Source: Haliotis rufescens
Lineage: Eukaryota
Length of the DNA stretch: 64,000 bases
NCBI RefSeq assembly: GCF_023055435.1
Contig: NW_025963779.1
Span: forward strand, 84,444,001 to 84,508,000
Direction of reading: 5' to 3'
Shown: positions 37,016-50,540 of the stretch, piece after piece
Layout: each line of letters starts with the position of its first letter
Numbering within the stretch: position 1 is the first letter of the stretch
Notes under the pieces: generated by a model
Databases searched by the model: none
What the model was told of the DNA's origin: nothing
Seen by the model: only the letters and a program-made list of their open reading frames with translations
Program-made: the position numbers and the translations under genes

Positions 37016-40000
37016 ATGGTGTCAGCGGTTCTTGGCTTGCTGTTGGGATGTCTGGCAATGTCCAGTGCACAAGTGCCAGAAGAAGATTGTAAGTAGAATT
37101 GTATTGAACTTGTCAGGAGGTAAAGTGGGTTGTACTTCGCTTCNNNNNNNNNNNNNNNNNNNNNNNNNNNNNNNNNNNNNNNNNNNNNNNNNNNNNNNNN
37201 NNNNNNNNNNNNNNNNNNNNNNNNNNNNNNNNNNNNNNNNNNNNNNNNNNNNNNNNNNNNNNNNNNNNNNNNNNNNNNNNNNNNNNNNNNNNNNNNCCTT
37301 TTAACGTATTTTGGTTTGCTCGACCGTGGATCGAACCACCGACCACCCGTTCTCAGGGAGACGCTCTGTCCACTAAGCGTTTCAGTATGAGCGGTTGTTG
37401 TGATGGAAGATTTGTCGAAAGGTGGAACTGTCACGTCAATATTCACTTATGGCACTAAAAATACACAGTGGGTTATAGGGGGCACTGGTGGCCCAGGCGT
37501 CTAAGGCGCCGCAATTCGCTGTGAAGAGTTACGTCCCTTGGGCACGCCAGAAACCTATGATTGTGGGTTCGAATGTTTCTAGGTTTGTCAGCACCATACC
37601 CGTGCTCGTGGGTTTCACCGAAGTGGTAAACGTCTGAGACCTGCATCACTTCGGGCTTTCCTCCCACATTAAGCTGACATGCCGCGATATGACTGGAATT
37701 CTCAATTCTGGAATTGACTCAAACAATTTCTGAGCAAGGGTCTTATTAGACTCTTTGAAATCTTGGTGGGAAGAGCATGCTCGACTGTGCCTCAAACGTT
37801 TTGAAATGTAGACACAAAAGGCTTGAGCTGCTGGAATATTTCCCGACATAAACTATATCTTTAGCTCAAACGTCTTGGGACAAGTACCCCATGGATCAAG
37901 GAATACAGTTTGTCATGTGGCAAAGCGGTGTTTTCAAATGTTTTGACAGAATTAAACTTTTCTGAATAAAATGTCATTATTTGAGGTTTGAGAATCCAAT
38001 TCCACTACCCAGATATCTTCTGTGAGTATTAACCTAGTCCTTCCTTGATTGTATTAAGGATTATGGTTAATCTTGGAAACATGGCTTCCAGCAGTTGACC
38101 CTAACTCGATCCCTACAGTAGCAGACTTCAGATGTAGTACTGCTCTTCTCCACTTAGACACCTGGTAATTAACAATGGTGAAGACGAAGAACTGCAGACA
38201 ATGGGCCTCTTTAGTTTATGTACTCGTTTTGAGATAATTTTACTTATACGGGTAATACTGTTGAAAAAAACCAGCAAAACTCATCATCTGTTACCCTACA
38301 GTAGTGTAAGAAAATACGTGAGTATATTTTGACAATAACGCCACGCGGTGGAACAAGACACAATTCAACGGCAGAGAACACACCTTGTGTTCCTCCCTTA
38401 TGTGAGAGCACAGTCGTAGAGCTACACATCGTTCACGCCGTGGGGATTCCGGGTAAGAATAGGTCCACAGCCACCCATGTTCTTCCTACAAGGCGACTAA
38501 ATGAATAAGGTGACTTGGTGCCATGGTTGATAGTGAGTTGACGGCACGGAGGGTTGTTCATAATATCAATCACTTGTTTGCCTGGCCCGGATTCCATTAT
38601 TTACAGTTCCCCGTCATATGGTTGGAATATGCTAATATCGCAAGGAAGCATAGGTATTACATGGGTTGACTTTACCCGACGTATGTACGCGAATGTCTTG
38701 AGAATTCCCTTTACAACAGAAGGTATCAGAACAGCAGGGACCGTGTTGTTTGAACCAGAGTCGACCTCGGTAGTCCCACATGTTGACATCTCCTTCATGT
38801 AGCCTACCTGCCATGATCTCGCCATTGACGTATGAAATAATACCGAAAATGGAGGTTGTCATTATTGACAGTGTAGGACCCATTTCGATGTCTGTACATT
38901 TATACCGACCTGACTGTGGCGGCACCGACGTTTCCGACTCTATGTGTGTACTAGATAGTATGACTGTTTCACTGTCTTTCAGACTCTATGTGTGTACTAG
39001 ATAATATGACTGTTTCACTGTCTTTCAGACTCTATGTGTGTACTAGATAATATAACTGTTTCACTGTCTTTCAGACTCTATGTGTGTACTAGATAATATA
39101 ACTGTTTCACTGTCTTTCAGACTCTATGTGTGTACTAGATAATATGACTGTTTCACTGTCTTTCAGACTCTATGTGTGTACTAGATAATATAACTGTTTC
39201 ACTGTCTTTCAGACTCTATGTGTGTACTAGATAATATAACTGTTTCACTGTCTTTCCGACTCTATGTGTGTACTAGATAATATGACTGTTTCACTGTCTT
39301 TCAGACTCTATGTGTGTACTAGATAATATGACTGTTTCACTGTCTTTCAGACTCTATGTGTGTACTAGATAATATGACTGTTTAACTGTCTTTCAGACTC
39401 TATGTGTGTACTAGATAATATGACTGTTTCACTGTCTTTCAGACTCTATGTGTGTACTAGATAATATAACTGTTTCACTGTCTTTCAGACTCTATGTGTG
39501 TACTAGATAATATGACTGTTTAACTGTCTTTCAGACTCTATGTGTGTACTAGATAATATGACTGTTTCACTGTCTTTCAGACTCTATGTGTGTACTAGAT
39601 AATATGACTGTTTAACTGTCTTTCAGACTCTATGTGTGTACTAGATAATATGACTGTTTCACTGTCTTTCAGACGCGGTCCTATGTCAGGATAACTACAA
39701 CGGTGACTGGAAGTACGTGGCCCCTGGCTCGGGATGCAAGAGGTTCATCAATTGTGGTGGCCAGGATTACCACGGAACGCTCCAGTGCCCCGAGACGACT
39801 CTCTTCAATGAAAACACCCAGGATTGTGTATACGCAGCGGATTCCAACTGTCAGGAACCCTTCAACGAAAACCCAGGTAACGAAACATAAGTTTGCGTAT
39901 TATATTAATTATCTTGTAGCACATGCTAAATAGAGTTGTCATTAATAGAATCTGATTAATTGTTTTATGTATTCAATTAGTGAGTGAGTGAGTGAGTATG

Positions 40001-41030
40001 GTTTTACGCCGCTTTTAGCAGTATTCCAGCAATTTCACGGCGGGGGACACCAGAAATGGGCTTCACACATTGTATACATGTCTGGAATCGAACCCGGGCG
40101 AACGCTTTAACCACTGAGCTACCCGACCGCGTCTGTATTCAATTAACCATTGCCTAGCAACTGGTTATTATTTACAATTCAGATTGGCAATGTACATCCG
40201 TTTTGTGAAAAAAGGAATTCGGAGATGTGACTTAATTCCCCGAATGGACAGGAAGTGTTAAGGGACCATGACTGTCTTTTCAAATGGCTGGTTATGTAAA
40301 AAGTTGGCGGATGAATAGACTTTTACTTCATGTATTCTATTCAGTTATTTCAGTCATTAATAAACTAGTATGAACATATAATATTTTCGCTAATGACCGT
40401 TGAATGAACTACAGCGGACACGGAATACGTTTACAAAACGAAGTAGCTCATCCACCCCTCACTCAACCGAAAGGATAAATTTTAACAGGTTGGGACGATC
40501 GTGAATCGAGAATGGAATCAATATGTTGCCATTTTTTAATGATATTTTACATGAATAAAGACATATCCGTTGAGAAACAGTGACGGTAGAAGATATTGTT
40601 AGGATGCCAATATGACTTCCTTCAGTTTTAATGTTACTTAGTGTAAGGACTAATTTCAGTAACCTTTAACTTAACAAAACCACATTTTATAATATGTGTT
40701 TTCTATTTAACGAAATAACCTGCTAAATTGATAGTATTAGAAGGATTCTGACTACGGTGAAAAGGTCTTATGTTTATAGATAAAGGGACCTACAGTCGAT
40801 ATGGTTACAATTCTGTGATTTCTGTTGAACGCTGTATTGTACGTATGTGTTTGCTTCCAGACTGTGTGACCGGCGTGGATCCCTACAATTGCTCAGCTTT
40901 CACCTACTGCCATCTTAACACCCAGTACAACTTCAGCTGCAACCAAGACCTCTACTACTCTCAGAGCAAACTCATCTGTGTGTACGCTGAAGATCTGACG
41001 GAGGACGACAAATACCTGTGCGGCTTCTAG
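37016..41030 (+). CDS. Secreted CBM14 double-domain protein, copy A5; join(37016..37088,39673..39876,40861..41030), 148 aa
   Basis: MVSAVLGLLLGCLAMSSAQVPEED / AVLCQDNYNGDWKYVAPGSGCKRFINCGGQDYHGTLQCPETTLFNENTQDCVYAADSNCQEPFNENP / DCVTGVDPYNC...DDKYLCGF*. Canonical splice sites, 12 Cys retained, TATA-like box at 36929, AATAAA ~41090. Confidence 0.88.
37478..37700 (+). mobile_element. tRNA-derived SINE with V-SINE-like core (GGGCTTTCCTCCCACA); other copies ~49900-50102 and ~57000-57213
   Basis: Three dispersed copies share the core and the GATAT..CTGGAA...GCGGCGTTAAA tail. Confidence 0.65.
38937..39672 (+). repeat. 46-bp splice-acceptor minisatellite, 16 units (A5)
   Basis: 736 bp = 16 x 46. 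Confidence 0.97.
39980..40133 (-). mobile_element. tRNA-derived SINE in A5 intron 2
   Basis: Same family; TSD TGTATTCAATTA; empty site in A1-A4. Confidence 0.85.
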
Positions 41031-41175
41031 ACCCCCCGGGGTCAAAGACCCCCATGATTCAATATAAACAATGTATTCTCTGAATTCCAAATAAAGCTCA
41101 TCAGACAATAAGTTTGTGTCTATACTTTCAAACGTAGAGCTTGTCAAAACTTTATATACTGGTTAATATTGTCTT

Positions 41176-41320
41176 GAGTGAGTGAGTGGGTTTATGAGCG
41201 AGTGAGTGAGTGAATGGGTGAGTTTTGGGTGGGTGGGTGAGTGAGTGAGTGAGTGGGTGGGTGGGTGAGTGGGTGAGTGAGTGAGTGAGTGAGTGAGTGA
41301 GTGAGTGAGTGAGTGAGTGA
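41176..41320. repeat. (GAGT)n/(GGGT)n microsatellite after A5
   Basis: Direct reading. Confidence 0.9.
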
Positions 41321-43214
41321 CCCTCGGCAGGATGTGAACCTGCAACCCCTTGGTGTGTAGTCCTTCACGATATCACCTGTCCAGGTGCCATATGTGTTGT
41401 GTAAGTGCCTGTGAATCTGATATCAATATATATTATACATCTTATCAATATTTGACTTATTACCTTACGATATGCACTTCATTTAAGCAAGTGTAAATTC
41501 TAAACGTTAAACTTTAAACGAATTAAACATTTTAACGAAATTCATTGTCATAATCCACGAGTTTAGGTATAAAACGTTTGTGTGCATATAACTATTCAAT
41601 CATTCTGAGCTGCACGAGCCGAATCTGGTATCCGTGCAACGTTATGTGTATCAAGAGAGTCTGAGTGGTGAGCATCGTCTTTATTCCTATTGAATGTACA
41701 ATGACTTCGTATGGAATGTATAGAGTGAGAGAGTTATTATGGTTTCAAGCTGAATTTTGTCCCTTTCCAGCAACATGATCACGACGGTGGACACCAAAAG
41801 TGGTCTTCACACATTTTGACCGAATTGGGAATCGAACCGGGATTTATGGCATGTAGTCCCTTCTATTCATATAACTAGACAAACTTTAAACATACAAAAT
41901 TCAACATTAAACATACAAAGTTCAACATTAAACATACAAAGTTCAACATTAAACATACAAAGAGTGGTTCGGTTATTGGTGAATTAATGAAACCAGGTTT
42001 TAATATTGGGCATTAATATCACATGATGAAAATATTAATCTGTTTGCAGACATGACTATTTTGCTAGAAATAGTTCATAGTGTTGCCTTATTTAATAACA
42101 AGTGTTACTGCTTTTCAAACATGTTGAAATCTGTTTTCTGATACCGATAGAGGTCACATACATTGTAATGAAAACAGGTGCAGTCGTTACAACTCGTCCC
42201 TTTCCGTAACCTGCAAGTCGGCTTGTCCCGGACTAACACGAGTTGGTCACGAATGGAACAGGTGGTCTTCAAATGCATGGTTGTGTCGCCACGTGTTCAG
42301 TCGAGCGATGCATACCATCACACACCCAACCAGTGTTAGACTTGCGATGTCGCGAGGCGGTAAGCCTCTACTGGTACCAGGCCGTCGGTTCAGGTCTTTT
42401 TACTGCGGGCTGTTAACCTCAACATGAGACAGGAAAGTACTGAATTGCTCGGTGTTTTGGACACAGTCGGAATGTGTGAATACATGTCAATGTTTTTCTA
42501 CATATTACGGAACGGGATAGGTTCATGAAGGTCATTTTTAAGATGTGTTGTTTTTTTCTCATCTCTGTCATGACGATTTGAGGCGACCGTGAATCCCTCA
42601 GGTTTATCACGTTATGAACAGCTATCCTGGTTCCTGTTGCGTCTACCGTTGTTTCAAACCTATGGCATCTGAAAATGTCTGCTATTAGCTTCGTTTGGAC
42701 CTTCGACATTTGAAAATGTCTTTTACGTACCTATGTTTGGAAAAAGCATCCTGCTGTTGAAAATCTATAATACCTCCTTTCTAAATACCATTTAATGATA
42801 AACTTTACCTTATTTTATATACATTGTGGATGTATCATCAACATTCATATCCACAGAATCATTCAGGTTCATACATTCAGGTTCAGATACCCGGGGTGGC
42901 CTCTTCCTGTACCTTCTCCTCCTGTCCGTATCGGCTTTTCTATCCCCACCCCACCCCACATTCTCATCCTCTCTGTCTCTGTGTCCCCCCCCCCCCCCCC
43001 CCCCCCCCCGCCACTTCCACTTTCATCTTTCCCTCTCTCACTATAATGTCCAACCATATACGTTCCGTTTATCCCATAAGCTCGACAAATAAGCTTCGCT
43101 ACATGACGTTCACGCAGAGCGTGAACAAACAACTTAAAACACTTGTATATGTTTTTTCAAGATGCAGCATACTTTAGACAAAGACATTTCGAAGTCACAT
43201 TCTCATAAGTAGTC

Positions 43215-43260
43215 ATTTACAAAAGGGGAGTGCACCTGTTCCACGTGCCCCTATAATAAA
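43215..43260 (+). promoter_or_regulatory. B1 core promoter (ATTTACAAAAGG, CACGTG E-box, TATAATAAA)
   Basis: Conserved in B2 (54520-54565) and B3 (63463-63507; E-box altered to CATGTG) with identical 37-nt motif-to-TATA spacing. Confidence 0.55.
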
Positions 43261-43357
43261 GAGGTCTCACAGCATTTCGGCAGTTCTGCTTTTGGAGTTT
43301 TCACATCTACACGTCAAACCGATTCCTCGCCTTTTTAAACAACAGGTTTTATACAAG

Positions 43358-46300
43358 ATGTTGACGTTCTCTAGTATCGGTATTGCTCTTCTGGGACTTG
43401 TCTTCACTGTAGACGGACAAACAGGTAAGTGATTCTTCACCTGGACTTCTGTAAACTGCCAGCGTAACATCAGCCTGTTGACGTTGCCTTAACGCCACAC
43501 CGACGTCAGTGTTAAATGGTTGTAGATAGAGATGCGCTAGTTTGTTGAACAGACTCGTTGTCTTAATGTGTTGAACCAAGGCATCAAAACAGACTTCCTT
43601 TGTTCGGTGTCGCGTAAAAGGTAACAGTCAATGTGAACGTTAGCATGATTGAGAGATCCTGGTTAACACTAAACTTCGACGTGGGTAAAACTTGACGATC
43701 AATTATTGATACTTAACTTAACTTTATATTATCACTAATTGATAATGAATCTACAACGACACGCCATATTAGCAGTTATTGATACTGCATCTATAATTAG
43801 ATATCATATTAGTAGTTATCGATACTGCATCTATAATTATATATCATATTAGTAGTTATCGATACTGCATCTATAATTAGATATCATATTAGTAGTTATC
43901 GATACTGCATCTATAATTAGATATCATATTAGTAGTTATTGATACTGCATCTATAATTAGATATCATATTAGTAGTTATCGATACTGCATCTATAATTAG
44001 ATATCATATTAGTAGTTATTGATACTGCATCTACAGTTCAGAAACATATTAGCAGTTATCGATACTGCATCTATAATTATATATCATATTAGTAGTTATT
44101 GATACTGCATCTTTAATTATATATCATGTAAGCAGTAATTGATACTGCATCTGCAATTAAGTACCATATTATCAATAGTTGACACTCCATCTTTGAATTA
44201 AACACAATATTATCGGTTGTTGATACTGAAATAGTGACGTTATAATGTTTTGTTCTTATGCAATGTTGTTCAGTCACATAGTTTCTTCAGAGACCATCAT
44301 ACAAAAATGTTCAGTCACAATAGTTTCTTCAGAGGCCGCCATAATAAATTGTTCAGTCACAATAGTTTCTTCAGAAACCATCATACAAAACTGTTCAGTC
44401 ACAATAGTTTCTTCAGAGACCATTAAACAATCTTGTTCAGCCACAATAGTTTCTTAAGAGACCATCATACATAATCGTTCATTCAAAATAGTTTCTTCAG
44501 AGACCATCATGCTAAATGGCTTAGTCACAATATAGTTTCTTCAGAGTTCGTCATACTAAATTTTCAATCACAATAGTTCCTTTAGAGACCGTAATACTAA
44601 ATTGTTCAATCACAAAAGTTTCTTCAGAGACCGTAATACTAAATTGTTCAGTCACAATAGTTTCTTCAGAGACCGTCATACTAAATTTTCAGTCACAATA
44701 GTTCCTTTAGAGACCGTAATACTAAATTGTTCACTCACAATAGTTTCTTCAGAGACCATCATACAAAATTGTTCAGTCAAAAAAAGTTCTTCAGAGACCG
44801 TAATACTAAATTGTTCAGTCACAATAGTTTCTTCAGAGACCGTCATACTAAATTTTCAGTCACAATAGTTCCTTTAGAGACCGTAATACTAAATTGTTCA
44901 CTCACAATAGTTTCTTCAGAGACCATCATACAAAATTGTTCAGTCAAAAAAAGTTCTTCAGAGACCGTAATACTAAATTTCTAGTCACAATAGTTCCTTT
45001 AGAGACCGTCATACTAAATTGTCACTCACAATAGTTTCTTTAGAGACCATAATACTAAATTGTTCACTCACAATAGTTTCTTCAGAGACCGTAATACTAA
45101 ATTGTTCAGTCACAATAGTTTCTTCAGAGACCGTCATACTAAATTTTCAGTCACAATAGTTCCTTTAGAGACCGTAATACTAAATTGTTCACTCACAATA
45201 GTTTCTTCAGAGACCGTAATACTAAATTGTTCAGTCACAATAGTTTCTTCAGAGACCGTCATACTAAATTTTCAGTCACAATAGTTCCTTTAGAGACCGT
45301 AATACTAAATTGTTCAGTCACAATAGTTTCTTCAGAGACCGTAATACTAAATTTTCAGTCACAATATTTTCTTCAGAGACCGTCATACTAAATGGTTCAG
45401 TCACAATATTTTCTTCAGAGGCCGTCATACTAAATAATAGTTAATTTAGGTTGAGCCGTAATACTTTCTTAAGTATTGGTTAGATAGCGGGGCGCCGTGG
45501 ACTCTAGATTATACCCAATGGACCAAATGTTCTAACCTGTTTAAATCATGGCCAACATTCAAAGTACCTTGGCACTAGTCAGCCCTAATGGTTGTGTGGA
45601 GTAAGCCCTAATGGTTGTGTAGAGTCAGGCAGAATGATTCCGTAGAGTCAGTCCTAATGGTTGTGTGGAGTCAGCCCTAATGGTGTGTAGAGTCAGGCAG
45701 AATGATTCTGTAGAGTCAGTCCTAATGGTTGTGTAGAGTCAGCCAGAGTGATTCTGTAGAGTCAGTCCTAATGGTTGTGTAGAGTCAGGCAGAATGATTC
45801 TGTAGAGTCAGTCTTAATGGTTGTGTAGAGTCAGCCAGAGTGATTCTGTAGAGTCAGTCCCCATGGTTATGTAGAGTCAGTTAGAATGATTCTGTAGATT
45901 CAATCCACATGGTTGTGTAGAGTCAGTTAGAATGATTCTGTAGAGTCAGTCATATGGTTGTGTAGAGTCAGTTAAAATGATTCTGTAGATTCAATCCTAA
46001 TGGTTGTGTAGAATCAGTCAGAATAGTTCTGTCGGGTCAGTCAGAATGTTTCTTTAAAGTCACTCGTAGATGAGGGTAAGTCATCAGTGACTTCTTCACT
46101 TGTAAGCAACAGCTGCTACATCTCATCGTGTTTGTTGCAGTGGCACCGGATCCCCGGTGTGATGCGTTCCGGGATGGCATAGGAAACATCATGGTCGAAG
46201 GCATGGATTGCAGATACTACCTCTCGTGCTGGAACTTCATCATCGCTTACGAACCCATGCACTGTGCTGGCGGGACGATCTTCAACCCAGACACTGGCAT

Positions 46301-47103
46301 GTGTGATGCGGAGGAATGCAACGAAGGAAACACTCGATCTCAATACGGTAAGTGATCAATTACTGATACCTCTTGGTCACAACTACCACTGTAACTACAC
46401 ATATCACAACTATTATCAACAGCATCATAACGACATCTAGTTACACTGGAACAACATAACTGCTACTGCAACAGCTACACAACTTATACCAGGAGTACTC
46501 TGACAGCCGTACTGACCACCCGGCAATAATGACATCGATACGACCTCATACGGGTACCCATACTGCTGTTTTTACCACTGACTGACTACCGCCTGTAGTA
46601 CAGTAACGTTATTTAATTAATTAAATACAACATAAATGATGTCAACATATGGTTAGGTCAGATAGATATCCCTTGGGGGACCCGGGTTAGAAAAGGTATC
46701 CTTAACGATTGATTATCGTTCTCCGATGGTGTTCATTATATCAATCACTGGTTTGTAGGCCAAAACTCGATTATTTTCATGCTGCTGGAATGAGTCGGAA
46801 TATTACTGACAGAGCATAAAAGAGTACTCGCTGCCGACATATATATGATGAAGCCGTTTTTATACAAATGTACTGTAAATACTACACGGAAAAGTCAAAA
46901 GGTTTCATTCTATATTTTGAACAGCGTGTCAAGAGGGTGCTCTACCGGGTGACTGTTCCCGCTACAACTTGTGTTTCAACACTCCCAATGTCACCTTCCA
47001 ATGTGGCGAGCAAACCTACTACCACAACGAAATGCTCGTGTGCGTAAATCCCAGCGAATACCCGGACTTGCCAGAAGAACAGGGATGTGCCTACAACCCC
47101 TAG
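43358..47103 (+). CDS. Secreted CBM14 double-domain protein, subfamily B copy B1; join(43358..43424,46141..46347,46925..47103), 150 aa
   Basis: Signal peptide MLTFSSIGIALLGLVFTVDG. Domain 1 is C-X16-C-X5-C-X11-C-X12-C-X4-C (CRYYLSC, CAGGTIFNPDTGMC); domain 2 is C-X8-C-X5-C-X9-C-X12-C-X14-C. Phase-1 GT-AG introns; TATAATAAA at 43252; AATAAA at 47306. Confidence 0.87.
43765..44160. repeat. 40-bp minisatellite (~10 units), B1 intron 1
   Basis: Unit GATACTGCATCTATAATTAGATATCATATTAGTAGTTATC. Confidence 0.93.
44266..45435. repeat. 41/42-bp minisatellite (~28 units) with higher-order structure, B1 intron 1
   Basis: Unit TCAGTCACAATAGTTTCTTCAGAGACCGTAATACTAAATTGT and variants. Confidence 0.93.
45578..46060. 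repeat. ~23-bp minisatellite before exon 2 of B1 (also 56140-56597 in B2)
   Basis: Unit GTCAGTCCTAATGGTTGTGTAGA alternating with GTCAGGCAGAATGATTCTGTAGA. Confidence 0.9.
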
Positions 47104-48832
47104 TCACAGCATCCACAACAACTGCAGCATCTACATCTACCACAACTGCAGCATCTACATCTTCAACAACTGCAGCACTTTTTGCTTATGACAAATGTTT
47201 CTGAGGACAGTCCTTTAAGATGGGGTGGACAAAGAATTGTAATTTGTTTTTAGACAAAGAGCAATACAGTTTTCATAACACCATAACATTATCTTACATT
47301 TGAACAATAAAATTAAAAGAAATATTTAATTATTTCCTATTTTGTCTAACTTTACACCAAAAATAGTCTTTTAATTTCTTACCGTGTCTGGCATCCGAAC
47401 TGCATACCGCATTCAGTGATAGATTCGGATGGTATCTTCCAGCATGTGGCGATTCACCAGTCTCAAATACTGGAGCAAATACAACACTATGAAAGAGTAA
47501 ATAAAAGCGACGAAACCCTTTCCATAATCCTAAGACATCTCCGTCCATTGTACTGATTCCTTCTATATTATGCGACTAGCGCCTCATACAAAGCATTGAG
47601 AAACACCAACCTTACAAACAAATTGTATTCAAAATACAATAAAAAAAACGACAAAACCATTTCGATAATCATTTAAAATCTCTGCTAAAGGCAGATTCCA
47701 GTATACATTTCCGAGTATATCATAAGCATGTGTTTCTGAATCACTAAGCAAATAGCGATGAATAGCAAATATTGTTAACGAAAAAGGTGTCAAATTTGGA
47801 AATGTTCTCAACGTGTCTACACTTCTTTTTAATGAAATATGTGTGAGTGGTGGGCGATGCCGGTAGAGCAGGACATTTCTACACTTCTGACTCTGAATTA
47901 TCATGCAAAGATTTAAATATGAAACAGATGAGTTAGGTACCGTGCCCCACCAGTGCCACCCGTTACAAACACATGCAAAGGCAAGACAAGTTTTTACGTG
48001 AACATATGGCACTAGTCCAATTAGGGCAAGGACAGCATATAAATAGCACAGCACAACGTCATTGCCAGAATCCTAACGTGACAAACAGTTCTTGCCATCA
48101 TTCATCCATGTCACGAGAGACGGTGGCAAAACTAAACTATAAGGAGTTGAGTACCCCCCATCCTATCCCATCCCATCGGTGCTCCTATTGTCCTGGCTAT
48201 TCATCTGACTAATGAAATGAGAATAACGTATTTAGCGAAGCTGGAGTTAACGGTACAAAGAGACTCGAATGCCTGTTAACCCATCCAATAGCAGCGTTGG
48301 TTATTCGTGTTTTTGTCACAGGGCCGTATCATCCGACTTTCTATGACCTTAAAACTTCAGACGTAAATCAACGATGTTCATAAACATAGCTAATGTGACC
48401 TTTCTTTGACCTCAAGTTGCCCTTTTCTCTATTATCAGGATAAAAAGATTGTTATTTTGCCTACAATGTGTACGGGGGAGTTCGGGTGTGAGGAGAGGGG
48501 TGTGTGATATTTGTCTCGGTGGCAAGTGGCCTTTAGTTCTTTAGGACCAACACAGAGGGGGAAAGACTGGACACACATCAACTGGGGGATGAACATCCAT
48601 ATTATGTATTTGGAAACTGTGTGGTACAAAGTGCAGTCAGAACGTTTTTCTGTGAAACTGTGAAAAGGAATGATTCAAAAATCTAAATGGAGGGATTAAA
48701 AGGAGACATTTACAAAACATTCCGAGTAAGCAGGACATGCTAATTCTTTTCGCGAACACCTGGTGTCATAACTAATTTTCAGTCATCTTTCATATGTTTC
48801 CCCCACTATTTTGCATTTTACTTCTGTTTCGG

Positions 48833-49180
48833 TGAGGTAAGGAGAGGTGAAATTGGGTTTAACGTCGCGTCCAAGATTATTGCATTTATATGGCGACGTG
48901 CATGTATGTGTGTGGCTGCTTGTAGTCCGGACTGATGCCGATTTATAGTGCCAGCTCACTGAGATACCATGCCGCAGTTTAACATGAATACCCCACTCAG
49001 ACACAGTATACTGACTCCGAGCCGACCAGTCCTTGTCTTAGCCCCTTAATGCAGAGCGCCAGACAGGGTAACAACAAGTACCATCTTTTAACGTCTTTTG
49101 GTATGACGCGGCCGGGGATCGAGCCCCGGACCTTCCGCTCTCCGGGCGGACGCTCTACCACTAGACCACGGAGGCGGTCC
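48833..49180 (-). mobile_element. tRNA-derived SINE, ~350 bp, Meta/MESC-like core (family name tentative)
   Basis: tRNA head then GTCATACCAAAAGACGTTAAAAGATGGTAC core; TSD TCTGTTTCGG. Confidence 0.85.
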
Positions 49181-50540
49181 TCTGTTTCGGCCGATAACTT
49201 TGACTGATTATTCTCAAGCGTTGATACTGTATATTTAATGAAAGCGACAAAGCCCTTTTCATATTAATAAGACATATCTGAGTCGATTGCACGATCATCG
49301 CTAAACAAAATCATCGGTTGTAAGATCATCGAAAAAAAAATAGAATAGAATTTTTTATTGTCATCCCGATAAAAACGCATTGTTTGGTAACAGTTTGGCT
49401 ATGAAATTAGAACGTTATGACGTAGTGCAATTGTGGAATGCTGATGACGTGACGTGACAGTGACACCAGACGTACCTGTGGGAATGTGCGTCTATTGCAT
49501 CCCGACTTGACCTTTGATCCTGGGCAGGCAAAGTGGGAACCAGATGCAGCACAACGACACCCCGTTAATTATTATTAGGGACGGTGACGTTCCCATTGAA
49601 CTCGTCCACATAGACACATTTCCGAATTAAGGAATTTTGGGTGCTCGGCCCCGTTTCGCAAAGCGATCCTAGTCTGTGTTAAACTGTGGGAGTTAAGATC
49701 ATCTTAGCACTACTATCACATTGTTGAACGGGGCCCAGAGCTCTTGTACACATGTGACCATCAGTAGACATCCAGAACACGGGGCCATACTAGTTCCCTG
49801 GATACCACTGTGCTTGCTGTACACACCAGAAACACAAACATATAGCCAAACACAAATCGTATTCCGGAAAAGGGGGCACAGTCGTATCAACCTAAAAATT
49901 GAGCCGGGTTCGAATCCAAGATCGCCGTGATTATGACACCTGTTTGCCAGCACCATAGCCCTGCTCATGGGTTTCACGATGTCTGTAACGTCTGTAAACG
50001 TCTGTAAACGTCTATTACCTGCATGACTTCGGATTGTCCTCCCACATTACCCTGACAATTCGTTAGATAATCTTCTCAGCAGAGTTCAACTCACTCACTC
50101 ATTTCGGCAAACTATGTCTTTTGTGCCAGGTTCAAATTAGCGTCCATGACCAATATACTCGATATTCTAACCTAACCAGACTCCAAACTAAGTGGACGAC
50201 ATGGAAAGGGCTGCGCTAACACATTAAGCCGACAATCAAGTGACATACGTAAAGCACCTTTTCAAAGCGGCGTTAAACCGAAATCCCCCACTTTGAAAAA
50301 TGGTGACATCAAAATGAGTGGTTAATTTATCTCTGGCCTACCATTTTAACAAAACAATGACCATTGTACTTTGTGTAATACCTGTCCGTAATTGTTTGGG
50401 GTTGGAGACAAATATATGACTTTGTGAAGGAGTGCCCCCTCAGTGGTTCGTTCTAACATCTTCAGTGAGCGAGTTTTGTGTTGGGTTTTATGCCGCTTTC
50501 TAGCAATATTCAAGCCATACCACGGCTTGTACAATACTTA

